Source: Polyangiaceae bacterium (GTDB lineage: Bacteria; Myxococcota_A; Polyangia; Polyangiales; Polyangiaceae). From it: a stretch of 64,000 bases of DNA. The stretch covers positions 678,986 to 742,985 of the forward strand of contig JANRKO010000006.1 of assembly GCA_033763455.1 (NCBI GenBank). Direction: 5' to 3'. Each line of letters begins with the position of its first letter. Position 1 is the stretch's first letter. This document shows, one piece after another, positions 1 to 9,227 of the stretch. Made by a program: the position numbers and the translations under genes. The notes below the pieces were generated by a model that searched no databases, had not been told where the DNA came from, and saw only the letters and a program-made list of their open reading frames with translations.

Positions 1-266
1 AAACGGTCTTTGCGACTGGAGGCGTGCAGTCCGGGTTGGACATAGCAAAGGCGTTAGCACTTGGCGCCACAGTCGGCGGCATTGCGCGCCCGGTCCTCCA
101 GGCGCTAGCAGCTGGGGGCCAAAATGGCGCACGCCAGCTTCTGTCACGGGTTGAACAACAGCTACGCACGGCGTTTCTGTTAACTGGTGCTCGCACCTGC
201 CGAGATTTGCGCCGGGGGCCTCGCGTGATTGTGGGGGAGCTTCAGCAATGGCTCGCCCAGGCGTAA
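1..266 (+). CDS. fni: Type 2 isopentenyl-diphosphate delta-isomerase, C-terminal part (truncated by window start)
   Basis: FMN-barrel C-terminal signature ATGGVQSGLDIAKALALGA..GIARP.L and terminal 'LRTAFLLTGARTCRDL', typical of IDI-2; stop at 264-266. Confidence 0.8.
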   Translation, partial: TVFATGGVQSGLDIAKALALGATVGGIARPVLQALAAGGQNGARQLLSRVEQQLRTAFLLTGARTCRDLRRGPRVIVGELQQWLAQA

Positions 267-268
267 CT

Positions 269-592
269 CTACTTCTTGTCTGACGTTACCGGCGGGGGCG
301 GGTGCGAGTGAGCCGTTGAGGACGCACCTTCTTGAAAAGAGAGCTTCGAGGCCTCCTGATAGAGCGTCTTGGCGCCAGGTGCGGTGGCATCTTTGCGCAT
401 GATTTGTACCAGGCGTTGCATGGCTACGCCCGGGGGCAGGGAACCATCGCGCAAGCCGAGCTTGATGCGAGTGATGGTGAAGCTCTCGTCGTCGGTTTCG
501 ATAGTACTCAGGGCGGAACGCGCCTGCTCGTAGGCTGCGTGCTCAATGAGCTCGTCGATGTCGGCAGGGCTGAGGGTTGTCTTTTGACCCAT
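269..592 (-). CDS. Hypothetical protein (~107 aa)
   Basis: ORF with protein-like composition filling the gap; converges on fni with stops 2 bp apart; ATG at 592 preferred. Confidence 0.6.
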   Translation of the reverse strand: MGQKTTLSPADIDELIEHAAYEQARSALSTIETDDESFTITRIKLGLRDGSLPPGVAMQRLVQIMRKDATAPGAKTLYQEASKLSFQEGASSTAHSHPPPPVTSDKK

Positions 593-866
593 TTGCACAA
601 GCGTAACAGCTAAGTGAGGCTTCTGCCTTCAAGTTCTACGCGTGTCCGTTGGGGAAGATTGGCCTTCCGGCCAACCTTCGAGTGGGAGGATGTAGTACGA
701 GGCGGAGTCCTTAAGCGACTCGACGGAGGTGCCGCATGTCCTTCTGTGCATCGATTGTTGGCAACCTTGGTTCTACTCGCCCAGTGCCAAGGGTGACTTT
801 GCGGCGACACGTGGTACCGTCGATTTTTGGCGGTTGAAACCAACGTGATGGATCGGAAACATCAGG

Positions 867-1718
867 ATGGCAGATTCTCGCAGGTCCACGAACACTCCCA
901 GCGGCAGCCCACCACCAGATCTCGACCGCGAGCGCGAGGAATTGCTACGTAGCTTTTCGGCGGGTCAGCGGCTAACGGAGGAATTTGTGACGGAGCATGA
1001 GCGCCTACAGCACAGGCTAAGAGAGCTTGAGCAAGAAAACGCGGGGCTTCGGGCGAAGGTGGAAACGGACGAAGCCGTGAGAGAGCTCTTGGCTAAAATC
1101 CAGGAGCTTGAGGCTGAAAAAGGCGATCTCCTGTCGCGCTTTCGGCATGCCGAGGCCGTAGGATCCGAATTCGGGGCTCAGGCACGCGAGGTGGAAAGTG
1201 AATTTGCCAACCTGGCAAACCTCTTCGTGGCCTCCAACCAAATCCACTCGAGCCTTTCGCCCCGAGGGGTAACGCGACGGATCAAAGAAGTCTTGGCTCA
1301 GCTTGTGGGCGCTGAGCGTTACTGCATGTACCTTGCCAATGCCGACGAAACTGAGCTGGTCCCCGTCGCCTCCGAGGGCGTGCCCAGTGGTGCGCTCGCG
1401 CCGGTCACCATCGACGAAGGGCCGATTGGCCAGGTGTTTCGGTCGCTGGTGGCGTCAGTTAACGAAGAGCGTGACGCGTGCTTGGGCTCAATAGCCGAGC
1501 CTGCCGCGGTGATCCCCCTCACGGTGGACGACAAGATCGTTGGGGTCATCGCGATTTTCGCGACTCTGGCCCAAAAGAAACGATTTTCCACGATCGACTT
1601 TGAATTGTTCAAGCTCCTGGGGCAGCATGCGGCGGCGGCGCTAGTAAGTGCCAGCCTCTTTGTGCAAGCGGAGCGTAGGTTACCGGGGCTTGAAGCATTT
1701 ATGGATCTCAGCGTCTGA
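867..1718 (+). CDS. Coiled-coil plus GAF domain protein
   Basis: Heptad-rich N-terminal half; C-terminal GAF pattern (EGPIGQVF...AAVIPLTVDDKIVGVIAI...FSTIDFELFKLLGQHAAAAL). Confidence 0.85.
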   Translation: MADSRRSTNTPSGSPPPDLDREREELLRSFSAGQRLTEEFVTEHERLQHRLRELEQENAGLRAKVETDEAVRELLAKIQELEAEKGDLLSRFRHAEAVGSEFGAQAREVESEFANLANLFVASNQIHSSLSPRGVTRRIKEVLAQLVGAERYCMYLANADETELVPVASEGVPSGALAPVTIDEGPIGQVFRSLVASVNEERDACLGSIAEPAAVIPLTVDDKIVGVIAIFATLAQKKRFSTIDFELFKLLGQHAAAALVSASLFVQAERRLPGLEAFMDLSV

Positions 1719-1726
1719 GCGTAAAC

Positions 1727-2104
1727 ATGGCTGAATACTCCTGTTTGATAGTCGAAGATTCGCCGATGATGCGCCAGCTCCTGGTGTTTGCGTTGGCGCG
1801 GGTTAAGAACCTTAAAGTTACCGAGGCGGACGACGGTGTAGATGGACTCCGGAAGCTCGCCGCTGCGCGTTTTGACATCATTGTAACGGATATCAACATG
1901 CCCATCATGGATGGGCTGAAGCTGGTGAAGCGAGTCCGCACCGATCCGGTGCACAAAGAGACGCCGATTATTGTCATCACGACCGAAGGCTCACAGGAAG
2001 ATCGCCAGCGAGCGCTCCAGCTGGGCGCCAATGCCTACATTACCAAGCCAATTCAGGCTCCGCAGGTCATTGCTACCGTCAAGGAACTCCTCAAGATCGA
2101 GTGA
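1727..2104 (+). CDS. CheY-like single-domain response regulator
   Basis: LIVEDS, TDINMPIMDG (phospho-Asp), ITT, YITKP motifs; 125 aa with no output domain. Confidence 0.92.
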   Translation: MAEYSCLIVEDSPMMRQLLVFALARVKNLKVTEADDGVDGLRKLAAARFDIIVTDINMPIMDGLKLVKRVRTDPVHKETPIIVITTEGSQEDRQRALQLGANAYITKPIQAPQVIATVKELLKIE

Positions 2105-2123
2105 GCTGCGCTAAAGAGGAACG

Positions 2124-2777
2124 GTGAGCGATTCGCCGTCCCCTTTGTGGATCAAGGTCTGTGGAGTTACCACGCTCGAAGACGCAGAGGCGGCCTTTGC
2201 ATTGGGAGCGGATGCGGTTGGCATCAACCTGATCCCCACCTCCAAGCGGGCCGTGCCCCTTGATGAAGCACTGCGCCTGTCTTATGCCCTCGGTCGATCG
2301 GAATCGACTGTGTTCGTTGTGGCAAATCTTAGCGCTCTCGCCCTCGGTGAGCTGCGCACCCAAGTGGGGGACGCCTGGCTGCAGCTTCATGGGGAGGAGC
2401 CGCGGGAGGACCTCCTTGGCGTGCTACCTCGCGCGTACAAGGCGCTGCCGATCGAGTCGCAAACGGACGTCGAGAACGCAGCAAGCTGGCCGGGGGAACG
2501 GTTGCTTTTGGATGCGAAGGTTGGGGGTGCCTTTGGGGGTACGGGTCAGGCGTTTGATTGGAGCTTAGTGGTTGGGCTGGCGCGCTCGCGCCCACTGGTA
2601 CTCGCGGGAGGCTTGAATCCAGGCAACGTGGCGGAAGCCGTGCAGCGGGTGCGGCCCTTTGGTGTGGATGTCGCGAGTGGAGTGGAAGTGGGGGGGGCAC
2701 CTCGTCGGAAAGATCTTTCCAAAGTGGCTCACTTCATTCAAGCAGCGCGTGCTGCGCACGCTGCGGTGCGACCTTGA
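2124..2777 (+). CDS. trpF: Phosphoribosylanthranilate isomerase
   Basis: IKVCGVT, LQLHGEE, LLDA..GGTGQAFDW, LAGGLNPGNV, GVDVASGVE. Confidence 0.95.
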   Translation: MSDSPSPLWIKVCGVTTLEDAEAAFALGADAVGINLIPTSKRAVPLDEALRLSYALGRSESTVFVVANLSALALGELRTQVGDAWLQLHGEEPREDLLGVLPRAYKALPIESQTDVENAASWPGERLLLDAKVGGAFGGTGQAFDWSLVVGLARSRPLVLAGGLNPGNVAEAVQRVRPFGVDVASGVEVGGAPRRKDLSKVAHFIQAARAAHAAVRP

Positions 2778-3298
2778 AACGCTTGCTCTGGTGTTGGCCT
2801 GCTGTTGCCATGCTTGGCTGCGCGGGGCCTTCATGGCGCGGAGCTCGGCTCGCTCTCGGCTCCGACTACGCGCTTGCGAGCGAGGCGTCCGTCACCTGGC
2901 GTGTCGTTGACTGCCGGGATGGAAAAGGTCGGCCAGCGGTGAGCCCCCCTGTGGCCGAGGTTACCGTTGGCAAGCAAGGGTCAAAGTTTCAGTTGCTCAC
3001 GCATGATGTGGGGGGGGCCCTGGTATTTGATCAGCACCAAAAAAGCGATGGGTTCAGCGTCTTTCGGGCGCTCATCAACGACGTTTTCCTGGAATTTCGG
3101 TTGCCGGAAACGCTTCTGGGCGTGGGGCAGATGCTCCAGGGCCGTGCGGGCGTTGATAGAACATTCGACGATGGCAGCTTTGCCGTGAGAAACGTCGAGG
3201 CTCGCACTGAGTGCACATTGCTTCCGGTGCAAAGGCGCGCCCCACTTTTGGTGGCCGCTCCGCCGGGCCAAGCGAGCAAAGACACCGCTCAGAAGTGA
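2774..3298 (+). CDS. Hypothetical lipoprotein
   Basis: TTG start overlaps trpF stop (TTGA); MKRLLWCWPAVAMLGC lipobox-like signal. Confidence 0.55.
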   Translation: MKRLLWCWPAVAMLGCAGPSWRGARLALGSDYALASEASVTWRVVDCRDGKGRPAVSPPVAEVTVGKQGSKFQLLTHDVGGALVFDQHQKSDGFSVFRALINDVFLEFRLPETLLGVGQMLQGRAGVDRTFDDGSFAVRNVEARTECTLLPVQRRAPLLVAAPPGQASKDTAQK

Positions 3299-3392
3299 CA
3301 CCAAGGCGTTCGGGCGGGGTCTGGATACAAAACTGGCGCATTAGGGTTCTCGTGGCTAAAACCGGGGGATAGCCCGTTTTCTTTTCGTCCTT

Positions 3393-3656
3393 GTGTTGCT
3401 CCTAAGCGTGGTCTTGCTGCTGCGGCCAAAGCGCCGTCTACGTCCGCGGACAACGCACGTGCCTGCACCTAACGTGGCGAATATGACACGCGCGGAGGCT
3501 CTCTCTGTATTAGGGCTCAAAGAAGGCGCCACTCGAGCTGACATTGCGCGTGAGTACAAGCGCCTCATGCTGAAAGTTCATCCGGACCACGGCGGCTCAG
3601 AATACCTCGCTGCGAAATTGAATCAGGCGCGCGATCTTCTCACTCGTCGTACCTAG
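3393..3656 (+). CDS. Small membrane-anchored J-domain protein
   Basis: Hydrophobic N-terminus; MTRAEALSVLGL...YKRLMLKVHPDHGGSEYLAAKLNQARDLL with HPD motif; start uncertain. Confidence 0.85.
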   Translation: MLLLSVVLLLRPKRRLRPRTTHVPAPNVANMTRAEALSVLGLKEGATRADIAREYKRLMLKVHPDHGGSEYLAAKLNQARDLLTRRT

Positions 3657-3818
3657 CAACACTCCGGCCGCTGTGTTTCGCGCAAGTATCCGGAGCGGGC
3701 GTTGTTTGTCCGGGCGGTGTGAGCGAACTAAAATGTAACCGTTGTGTTTGGGGGGCTGGCTGAGTACCTTTGCTGGTTGAGGAGGACTTCGGAGTCCACG
3801 GGGATTTCGCGGTGGTGT

Positions 3819-4085
3819 ATGGAACAAGTTGAATTAGATCCGGGCGCGCTTCTAGAGCTCGCGCGCTACAAGATGCCCTTTGGGCGGTTTTCGGGGCGCT
3901 ATCTCAAGGACATCCCAGAGGAGTACTTATTGTGGCTCTTGCGTCGCGATGGGCTCTCACAGCATTTGCTCGAACGCGTGCGCTCAATGTTGGCAATCAA
4001 GGAAAATGGGTTTGAGCGGCTGCTTGATCCGCTCTGTCCGCCGGCCGAAGGCGGTGCTGTCCGCGGCCGGGCGAGCGGGCCCTGA
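3819..4085 (+). CDS. DUF3820 family protein
   Basis: LLELARYKMPFGRFSGRYLKDIPEEYLLW...IKENG.E.LL.PL pattern. Confidence 0.8.
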   Translation: MEQVELDPGALLELARYKMPFGRFSGRYLKDIPEEYLLWLLRRDGLSQHLLERVRSMLAIKENGFERLLDPLCPPAEGGAVRGRASGP

Positions 4086-4157
4086 CACACGGCGTCGATC
4101 GGGTCAGGAGCCTATTTTTTCACTTGAATCAGCGCTCCGCCGGTGTACACTGAACGC

Positions 4158-4421
4158 ATGAGCAGTGCAGAAGAAGAAGTGGTTTGTCCGGTAAATTACG
4201 ACGAAGAGCCGTTGGTGGAGCTCCCTTCGGGAGATCGACTGTATCGCCTGGATCCGGCGCTTGGCGGCAGCACGCTGGGCTTGTCGCAGAGAGGGCCGGG
4301 CAGCTGGCAGTGGCAATACATTGCCGAGCTCAAGTGGGACGGCACAACACTGCGCTCCAGGGCGGTGGAGCGTCAGCTCCTCGAGCAGCTCGGGCGCGCC
4401 TTGGCCGAAGCGGCGTTGTAG
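4158..4421 (+). CDS. Hypothetical protein
   Basis: ATG-started ORF with plausible composition, co-oriented with neighbours. Confidence 0.5.
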   Translation: MSSAEEEVVCPVNYDEEPLVELPSGDRLYRLDPALGGSTLGLSQRGPGSWQWQYIAELKWDGTTLRSRAVERQLLEQLGRALAEAAL

Positions 4422-4495
4422 CGGGCTTGGGGTAGTGCGAACGCGCTAGCCACGGTGGGCAGCAAAACGGGATAGTGCGCGCACGCGCAAGATTG

Positions 4496-5143
4496 TTAAT
4501 CTGAATCGGCGTTAAGCGGAACAACAAACTGCTCCACGTGGATACCCGTAGCGGTGGTGTGAATGATGGTGGCGTCGGCGTAGCCGCCACCGGGAGCTTC
4601 ACCAACGGAGCCCACGTTCACTATGCGCACGTCTTCGACACTTCGATCGAAGGGTTGGTGGCTGCCGCCGCAAATCACGAGGTCGAAAGGGTGGTCGCCG
4701 AGCGCCGCGAGCAGCTCTTCGTCGCTCATGTCGGGCGATAGGGATTCGCTGGGGTCGCTTGGGCAGCCGTGCACCATGATGAGCGTGTGGCCGCTCTCAA
4801 GGGGCAGCTGAGCAATCGGTGGTAGGAGCCTCAGCCGGGTGACGATGATTTCTCCGAGTTCCGCGTGGACTGACCGTAGGCGCTCGAGGCGGTCCCGTTG
4901 GCGTTCATCGCTCGGGTTCAGTGTGTTGGGGTCCAAGAGAGCGACGGCGCGATCGGTTAGCCCCTGAACGCACACGGCCTTGTGGCTCACCAAGAGCTTC
5001 CACACGTCCAGGGGTCGAGGGCCAGGAAAACACAGATCCCCACAGACCAGCAGCTGGTCGAAGCCGCGTTCGTTGGCCTCGGCGAGCACCGCTTCCAATG
5101 CGTCAGCGTGGCCGTGGATGTCAGAGATGCAGAGAAATCGCAT
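4496..5143 (-). CDS. Metallophosphoesterase family protein (YfcE/MJ0936-like) with variant metal motifs
   Basis: ISDIHG, CGDL, MVHG, NVGSVG; GLTD and GGSH replace GNxD and GHTH. Confidence 0.88.
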   Translation of the reverse strand: MRFLCISDIHGHADALEAVLAEANERGFDQLLVCGDLCFPGPRPLDVWKLLVSHKAVCVQGLTDRAVALLDPNTLNPSDERQRDRLERLRSVHAELGEIIVTRLRLLPPIAQLPLESGHTLIMVHGCPSDPSESLSPDMSDEELLAALGDHPFDLVICGGSHQPFDRSVEDVRIVNVGSVGEAPGGGYADATIIHTTATGIHVEQFVVPLNADSD

Positions 5144-5197
5144 AGGCTTCGGCAGGGCTTATTGCCGAACTCGCCTTTCACCGCAAGCGGCGTGATC

Positions 5198-6196
5198 CTA
5201 CGGTATTACATAGCCTGCGGTAACGGCGATGAGCGCCGGCCCGTCGCTTTGCACCACTTCGAAATCGATTCCGTTGGAAGAGCGCTCCAGCTTGCCATCT
5301 TTTGCGCGCACGGTGACGTTCTCAAGGGTAACTTGGGATATGGACGTGAATCTGTCAGTGCAATCTTTGGTCTCCTTGAACTGACCGTTGCAGTAAGCAA
5401 TGTCTGGATCCTGGTGGCCGCTGCTCACTTTGGCCCAGTTCATGCCGTCAGTGGAGCTCCACCAATTGCCAGGATTGGTGGCCGTCATGAAGATCCCTTC
5501 CCCAAAAGCCAAGGAACGGCTGGCTTCCGTCATTAGGTCACCCCCGGGTTGCCAGGCGTGACCGTCGGTGGAGTACGCCGAGTACCCGTAGCCGCCGGTT
5601 GCAACCCAACGTTCCCCGCTGAAGCGGATGCCTTGAAGCCATTGGTTCTGAGGGTTCACTTCTTGGTGCCAGGTGATGCCATCCGCTGAAGAGTGGATTT
5701 GCCAACCAACCGCTACGAATAACCCCTTGCCGAAGGCTACACCGCGCAGAAGAAATTCGTCATCGCCCCCACCACCGAGCGTCTGATCGTTGTTCCAGGT
5801 TATCCCGAGGTCGACTGATCGTACCCGGCGTCCAGCATATCCCACGGCCACCCAAGTGAGCTGGCCTTCCGGTGCTTGGACGACCGGAGCTCCTGCTGCC
5901 CCACCGGAGGGTGCTTGCCCGTTGGTACCGCCCGCGTTCGAGGACGCACCGGCGCTATTTGCCGCCGCGCCACCCGTTGCCGTGTGAGTGCCTCCGGTGC
6001 TCCTGCCGCCGGTTCCTCCGCCCGGGTTCACGCCGCCGCTGCCTTGGTTCGAAATGACGGCCTTTCCCCCCACCGAAGTACCAGGCGAACCACCCGAGGC
6101 GCCGCCCCCACTTGCGGGTCCGGTCATCCTCGCGCCGGGGGTCGAGCTACAGGCCGCGAGCAGTAAGAGTGCCAACGTCGGCGAGTGGTGCTTCAT
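5198..6196 (-). CDS. Lipoprotein with Gly-rich linker and repeat (propeller-like) C-terminal domain
   Basis: LLLLAAC lipobox; long G/S/A/T linker; repeated 'VAFG.G.FVAVG...S.DG..W' BNR/Asp-box-like units. Confidence 0.8.
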   Translation of the reverse strand: MKHHSPTLALLLLAACSSTPGARMTGPASGGGASGGSPGTSVGGKAVISNQGSGGVNPGGGTGGRSTGGTHTATGGAAANSAGASSNAGGTNGQAPSGGAAGAPVVQAPEGQLTWVAVGYAGRRVRSVDLGITWNNDQTLGGGGDDEFLLRGVAFGKGLFVAVGWQIHSSADGITWHQEVNPQNQWLQGIRFSGERWVATGGYGYSAYSTDGHAWQPGGDLMTEASRSLAFGEGIFMTATNPGNWWSSTDGMNWAKVSSGHQDPDIAYCNGQFKETKDCTDRFTSISQVTLENVTVRAKDGKLERSSNGIDFEVVQSDGPALIAVTAGYVIP

Positions 6197-6273
6197 GGCT
6201 CAACAAGTGGCTCAAACACATCCGGGTGGTCCAAAATAGAGCGTTGGTCAGGCAATATTGGTAATAGCCGCCA

Positions 6274-9204
6274 ATGCCCCCGACCTTCGCGCTACTCGAT
6301 CTCGCGCGACGCATCGATCCGGAGCGAGTGGATGCCTTGAGTGACGAGTTTAGCGCTTCGCCCAGTTGCGGCTTGGCGGTGGTGCTCGCCGCTTGCCTCC
6401 CCGCCATGACTCCAGACGTGCCATGGAAGCTCGCAGCTCTTGAAATGCTGCAGTCCGAAGATCTCGCGGTTCCGAGGCGAGCTTCAGGCATGAGTGTTCG
6501 GCTCTTAGAAGCCCTGCAAAATGGCGGCGACGAGCGAACGCAATTGTCGCTTCTGCGTCGATCGGTCTGGGCGGAGAAGGCGCGCATCGCGCTGCGTGAG
6601 ATCTTACCGGTGGAGCTTGGTGGAGCCACGGTGGAAACCACGGCTGCTGAATTGAGCCGCCTGGCGGAGGCGTTGCTCCAGGTAGTGCTTCAACATGTGA
6701 AAGCAAGCCTGAGCCCTCGCTTGATTCAGCCCGTGCAGCGTTCAGGCGTGGTCTCGGAGCTGGTGGTATTCGGCATGGGAAAGCTTGGCGGGGACGAGCT
6801 CAATGCGGGCTCGGACATCGATCTCATCTTTTTCTACGATGCCGATGAGGCTGATGGCCCCCTCTCGGCACACGAATACTGGACGCGCGTCGTGCGACGA
6901 GTTGTCGCTATCATCGACGAAAGTACAGAAGATGGTCGCTTGTGGCGGGTGGATTTGCGCTTGCGGCCAGAGGGATCGCTTGGCCCGCTGGTGAATTCCA
7001 TTGCGGCAGCTGATAGGTATTATGAAACCTGGGGCCGCCTCTGGGAACGCTCGGCACTCCTGCGCTCGCGCGCAATTGCCGGAGACCCTTCGCTCGCTGA
7101 GGTGTTAGAGCGTGAGGTGATCTTGCCGTTTGTTTTTCGACGGGAGGTGGACCCTGGGGTTGCAACGGCTCTAGCCGAGATGCTGCAGCGTTCTCGTGCT
7201 GAGTTGTCGCGCGATGCGGCCAGGGATCTGAAGCTTGGTCCGGGTGGCATTCGCGAAGCGGAGTTCTTCATTCAGTCGTTGCAGCTCATTTGGGGTGGGC
7301 GAGAGCTGAGCCTTAGAGTTCCCGGTTCGCTTCCGGCCTTGCAGCGGCTGCGGGCTTTGGGGCTCGTTTCTGACAAGGAAGCGAACGATGTAAGCACGGC
7401 GTATCTATTCTTGCGCACTGTTGAGCATCGTATTCAGTGGATGAGCGGGCTCCAGACCCATTTGTTGCCGGAGAGCCCCGGAGAGCTCCTGCGCCTGGCT
7501 CGGGGCTTGAACTTTGAAAGCGTTGAGTCCTTTCGCTTGGCCGTAGCGGACGCGCGGACGCGCGTTTCGGAGAGCTTCGCGAGCCTTTTGCCCCAAGCTC
7601 CCCGACCTCCAACTCGGCACCTAGAACTATTCGCGAAACTCGACGAAGGGGCGGGAGATCTTGCTCAAACGTGTGCAGATCTGTTTGGCGATCCCGAGGT
7701 GGCTGATCATTTGACGGCGCTTGCCCGACGTCCAGATGGCTTGCTCGGGCAGCTCACCCGTGAACGCCTCCTGGACGTGCCGGATCAGGTGCTGGACGCG
7801 CTCGTGCAGTGCGCCAATCCACCTCAAGCGGCAGTGCTATTGCGCGCTTTTTTTGCCCGCTTTCAGTCGCCTTTGAGTTACCTACTTTCCCTCCGGAGGG
7901 ATCCGCTTTCCCTGCGGCGTTTGGTGCGCATGTTGGGCGCCAGTGAGTTTGTGGGAAGAGCCGTGGCGATGCATCCGGACCTTGCCGACACTGTAATGTT
8001 CGGCGGCGGGCGAGTGACAGGCCCTGGCGTGGCAATCGCTGCTGAGCTCGACCAAGCCCAGATCCTCCCACCCGAGGCACCCGATGCCTACGAGCGGAGA
8101 AGCGAGTTCGTTTCGGCGCTTAGGCGAGCCAAGCAGCGCACGATGGTGGAAGTGGCCGTCTCGGATCTTGGAGGCCAGCTCTCTTTGAGGCAGATGACGC
8201 GAGTACTTTCGGAGCTCGCAGAAGAACAACTGCGGGCGGCGCTTGAGTTTGAGCTTGGGCAGCCGGTACGTGGTTTGGCTGTGATTGCCGTAGGAAAGCT
8301 GGGTGGGCGTGATATCGGGTATGCATCCGATCTAGATGTACTGTTCATTTTTGATCCGGCCTGTGCGCCTCCGGGGCAAGACCCCACTGAATTCTTCGTA
8401 AAGCGTGCACAGCGCGTCATTCGTTTGGTATCTGATCCAGATCCTTCAGGGCCAGGGTATGAACTGGACACTCGGCTTCGCCCCTCCGGCTCTCAAGGCA
8501 TGTTGGTCACTAGCTTGGAGTCTTTCGCTCGCTACCATGGTGTGGACCTGGGCTCTGTTCGTCCAGGCGGGGCGCAGCCAGCGGTCCTTTCGTCGGGGGC
8601 AAGTTGGGAGAGGCTAGCGCTGATCCGTGCTCGTTTCTGTGCGGGTGATGCCGCACTTGGAGGCCGGGTCATGCAAGTCGCGGAACGTGCGGCGTACGAT
8701 CTTGGGCCGCCTTCAGTGGAAGAGATCCATCATCTGCGCGGGCGCATGCAGCGTGAACTGGGCCGCGAAACAGCGTCGCGCTTCGACTTCAAGGTGGGGC
8801 GAGGAGGGCTTTTGGACGTGGAGTTTGCTGCGCAATGGCTCCAAATGGCGCATGGGCGGGACGTTCATATTCGTACTCCGGATACCAATTTGGCGCTCAG
8901 GCGCCTGCGCGACGCTGGATATTTGGCTCGGCATCACTATGAAGCGCTGCGGGAGGGTTATCGATTCTTGCGTTTCTTGGAACAACGTACCCACGTTCAC
9001 TCAGGCCAGAGCTCGTGCGCGATTGATGTAAGGGATCCTTACAAGCTCACCCAATTGGCTCGGCGCATGGAGTTCCACACGGGCCCTGGACTTTCCAAAG
9101 GGTCCGAGCTGCTTCTTCGCTACCGCGCGGTTACAGGCTCCGTGCGCCAGGCCTACTTGGAGGTTCTTGGCGTATCCGAGGTGCCTTTCGGAGGGGCCAA
9201 GTAG
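6274..9204 (+). CDS. glnE: Bifunctional glutamine synthetase adenylyltransferase/adenylyl-removing enzyme
   Basis: Two nucleotidyltransferase domains: GMGKLGGDELNAGSDIDL...VDLRLRPEG and AVGKLGGRDIGYASDLDV...LDTRLRPSG; 976 aa. Confidence 0.95.
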   Translation: MPPTFALLDLARRIDPERVDALSDEFSASPSCGLAVVLAACLPAMTPDVPWKLAALEMLQSEDLAVPRRASGMSVRLLEALQNGGDERTQLSLLRRSVWAEKARIALREILPVELGGATVETTAAELSRLAEALLQVVLQHVKASLSPRLIQPVQRSGVVSELVVFGMGKLGGDELNAGSDIDLIFFYDADEADGPLSAHEYWTRVVRRVVAIIDESTEDGRLWRVDLRLRPEGSLGPLVNSIAAADRYYETWGRLWERSALLRSRAIAGDPSLAEVLEREVILPFVFRREVDPGVATALAEMLQRSRAELSRDAARDLKLGPGGIREAEFFIQSLQLIWGGRELSLRVPGSLPALQRLRALGLVSDKEANDVSTAYLFLRTVEHRIQWMSGLQTHLLPESPGELLRLARGLNFESVESFRLAVADARTRVSESFASLLPQAPRPPTRHLELFAKLDEGAGDLAQTCADLFGDPEVADHLTALARRPDGLLGQLTRERLLDVPDQVLDALVQCANPPQAAVLLRAFFARFQSPLSYLLSLRRDPLSLRRLVRMLGASEFVGRAVAMHPDLADTVMFGGGRVTGPGVAIAAELDQAQILPPEAPDAYERRSEFVSALRRAKQRTMVEVAVSDLGGQLSLRQMTRVLSELAEEQLRAALEFELGQPVRGLAVIAVGKLGGRDIGYASDLDVLFIFDPACAPPGQDPTEFFVKRAQRVIRLVSDPDPSGPGYELDTRLRPSGSQGMLVTSLESFARYHGVDLGSVRPGGAQPAVLSSGASWERLALIRARFCAGDAALGGRVMQVAERAAYDLGPPSVEEIHHLRGRMQRELGRETASRFDFKVGRGGLLDVEFAAQWLQMAHGRDVHIRTPDTNLALRRLRDAGYLARHHYEALREGYRFLRFLEQRTHVHSGQSSCAIDVRDPYKLTQLARRMEFHTGPGLSKGSELLLRYRAVTGSVRQAYLEVLGVSEVPFGGAK

Positions 9205-9227
9205 TCCGACGCTGGTATGAGATCGCC

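Noticed and set aside
654..796. Short hairpins in the divergent gap before the GAF gene
   Set aside because: Stems of about 6 bp are expected by chance at this GC content; no riboswitch or sRNA motif recognised
2690..3017. G-runs inside trpF and the next ORF as frameshift or phase-variation sites
   Set aside because: Both reading frames are intact and the runs simply encode Val-Gly-Gly
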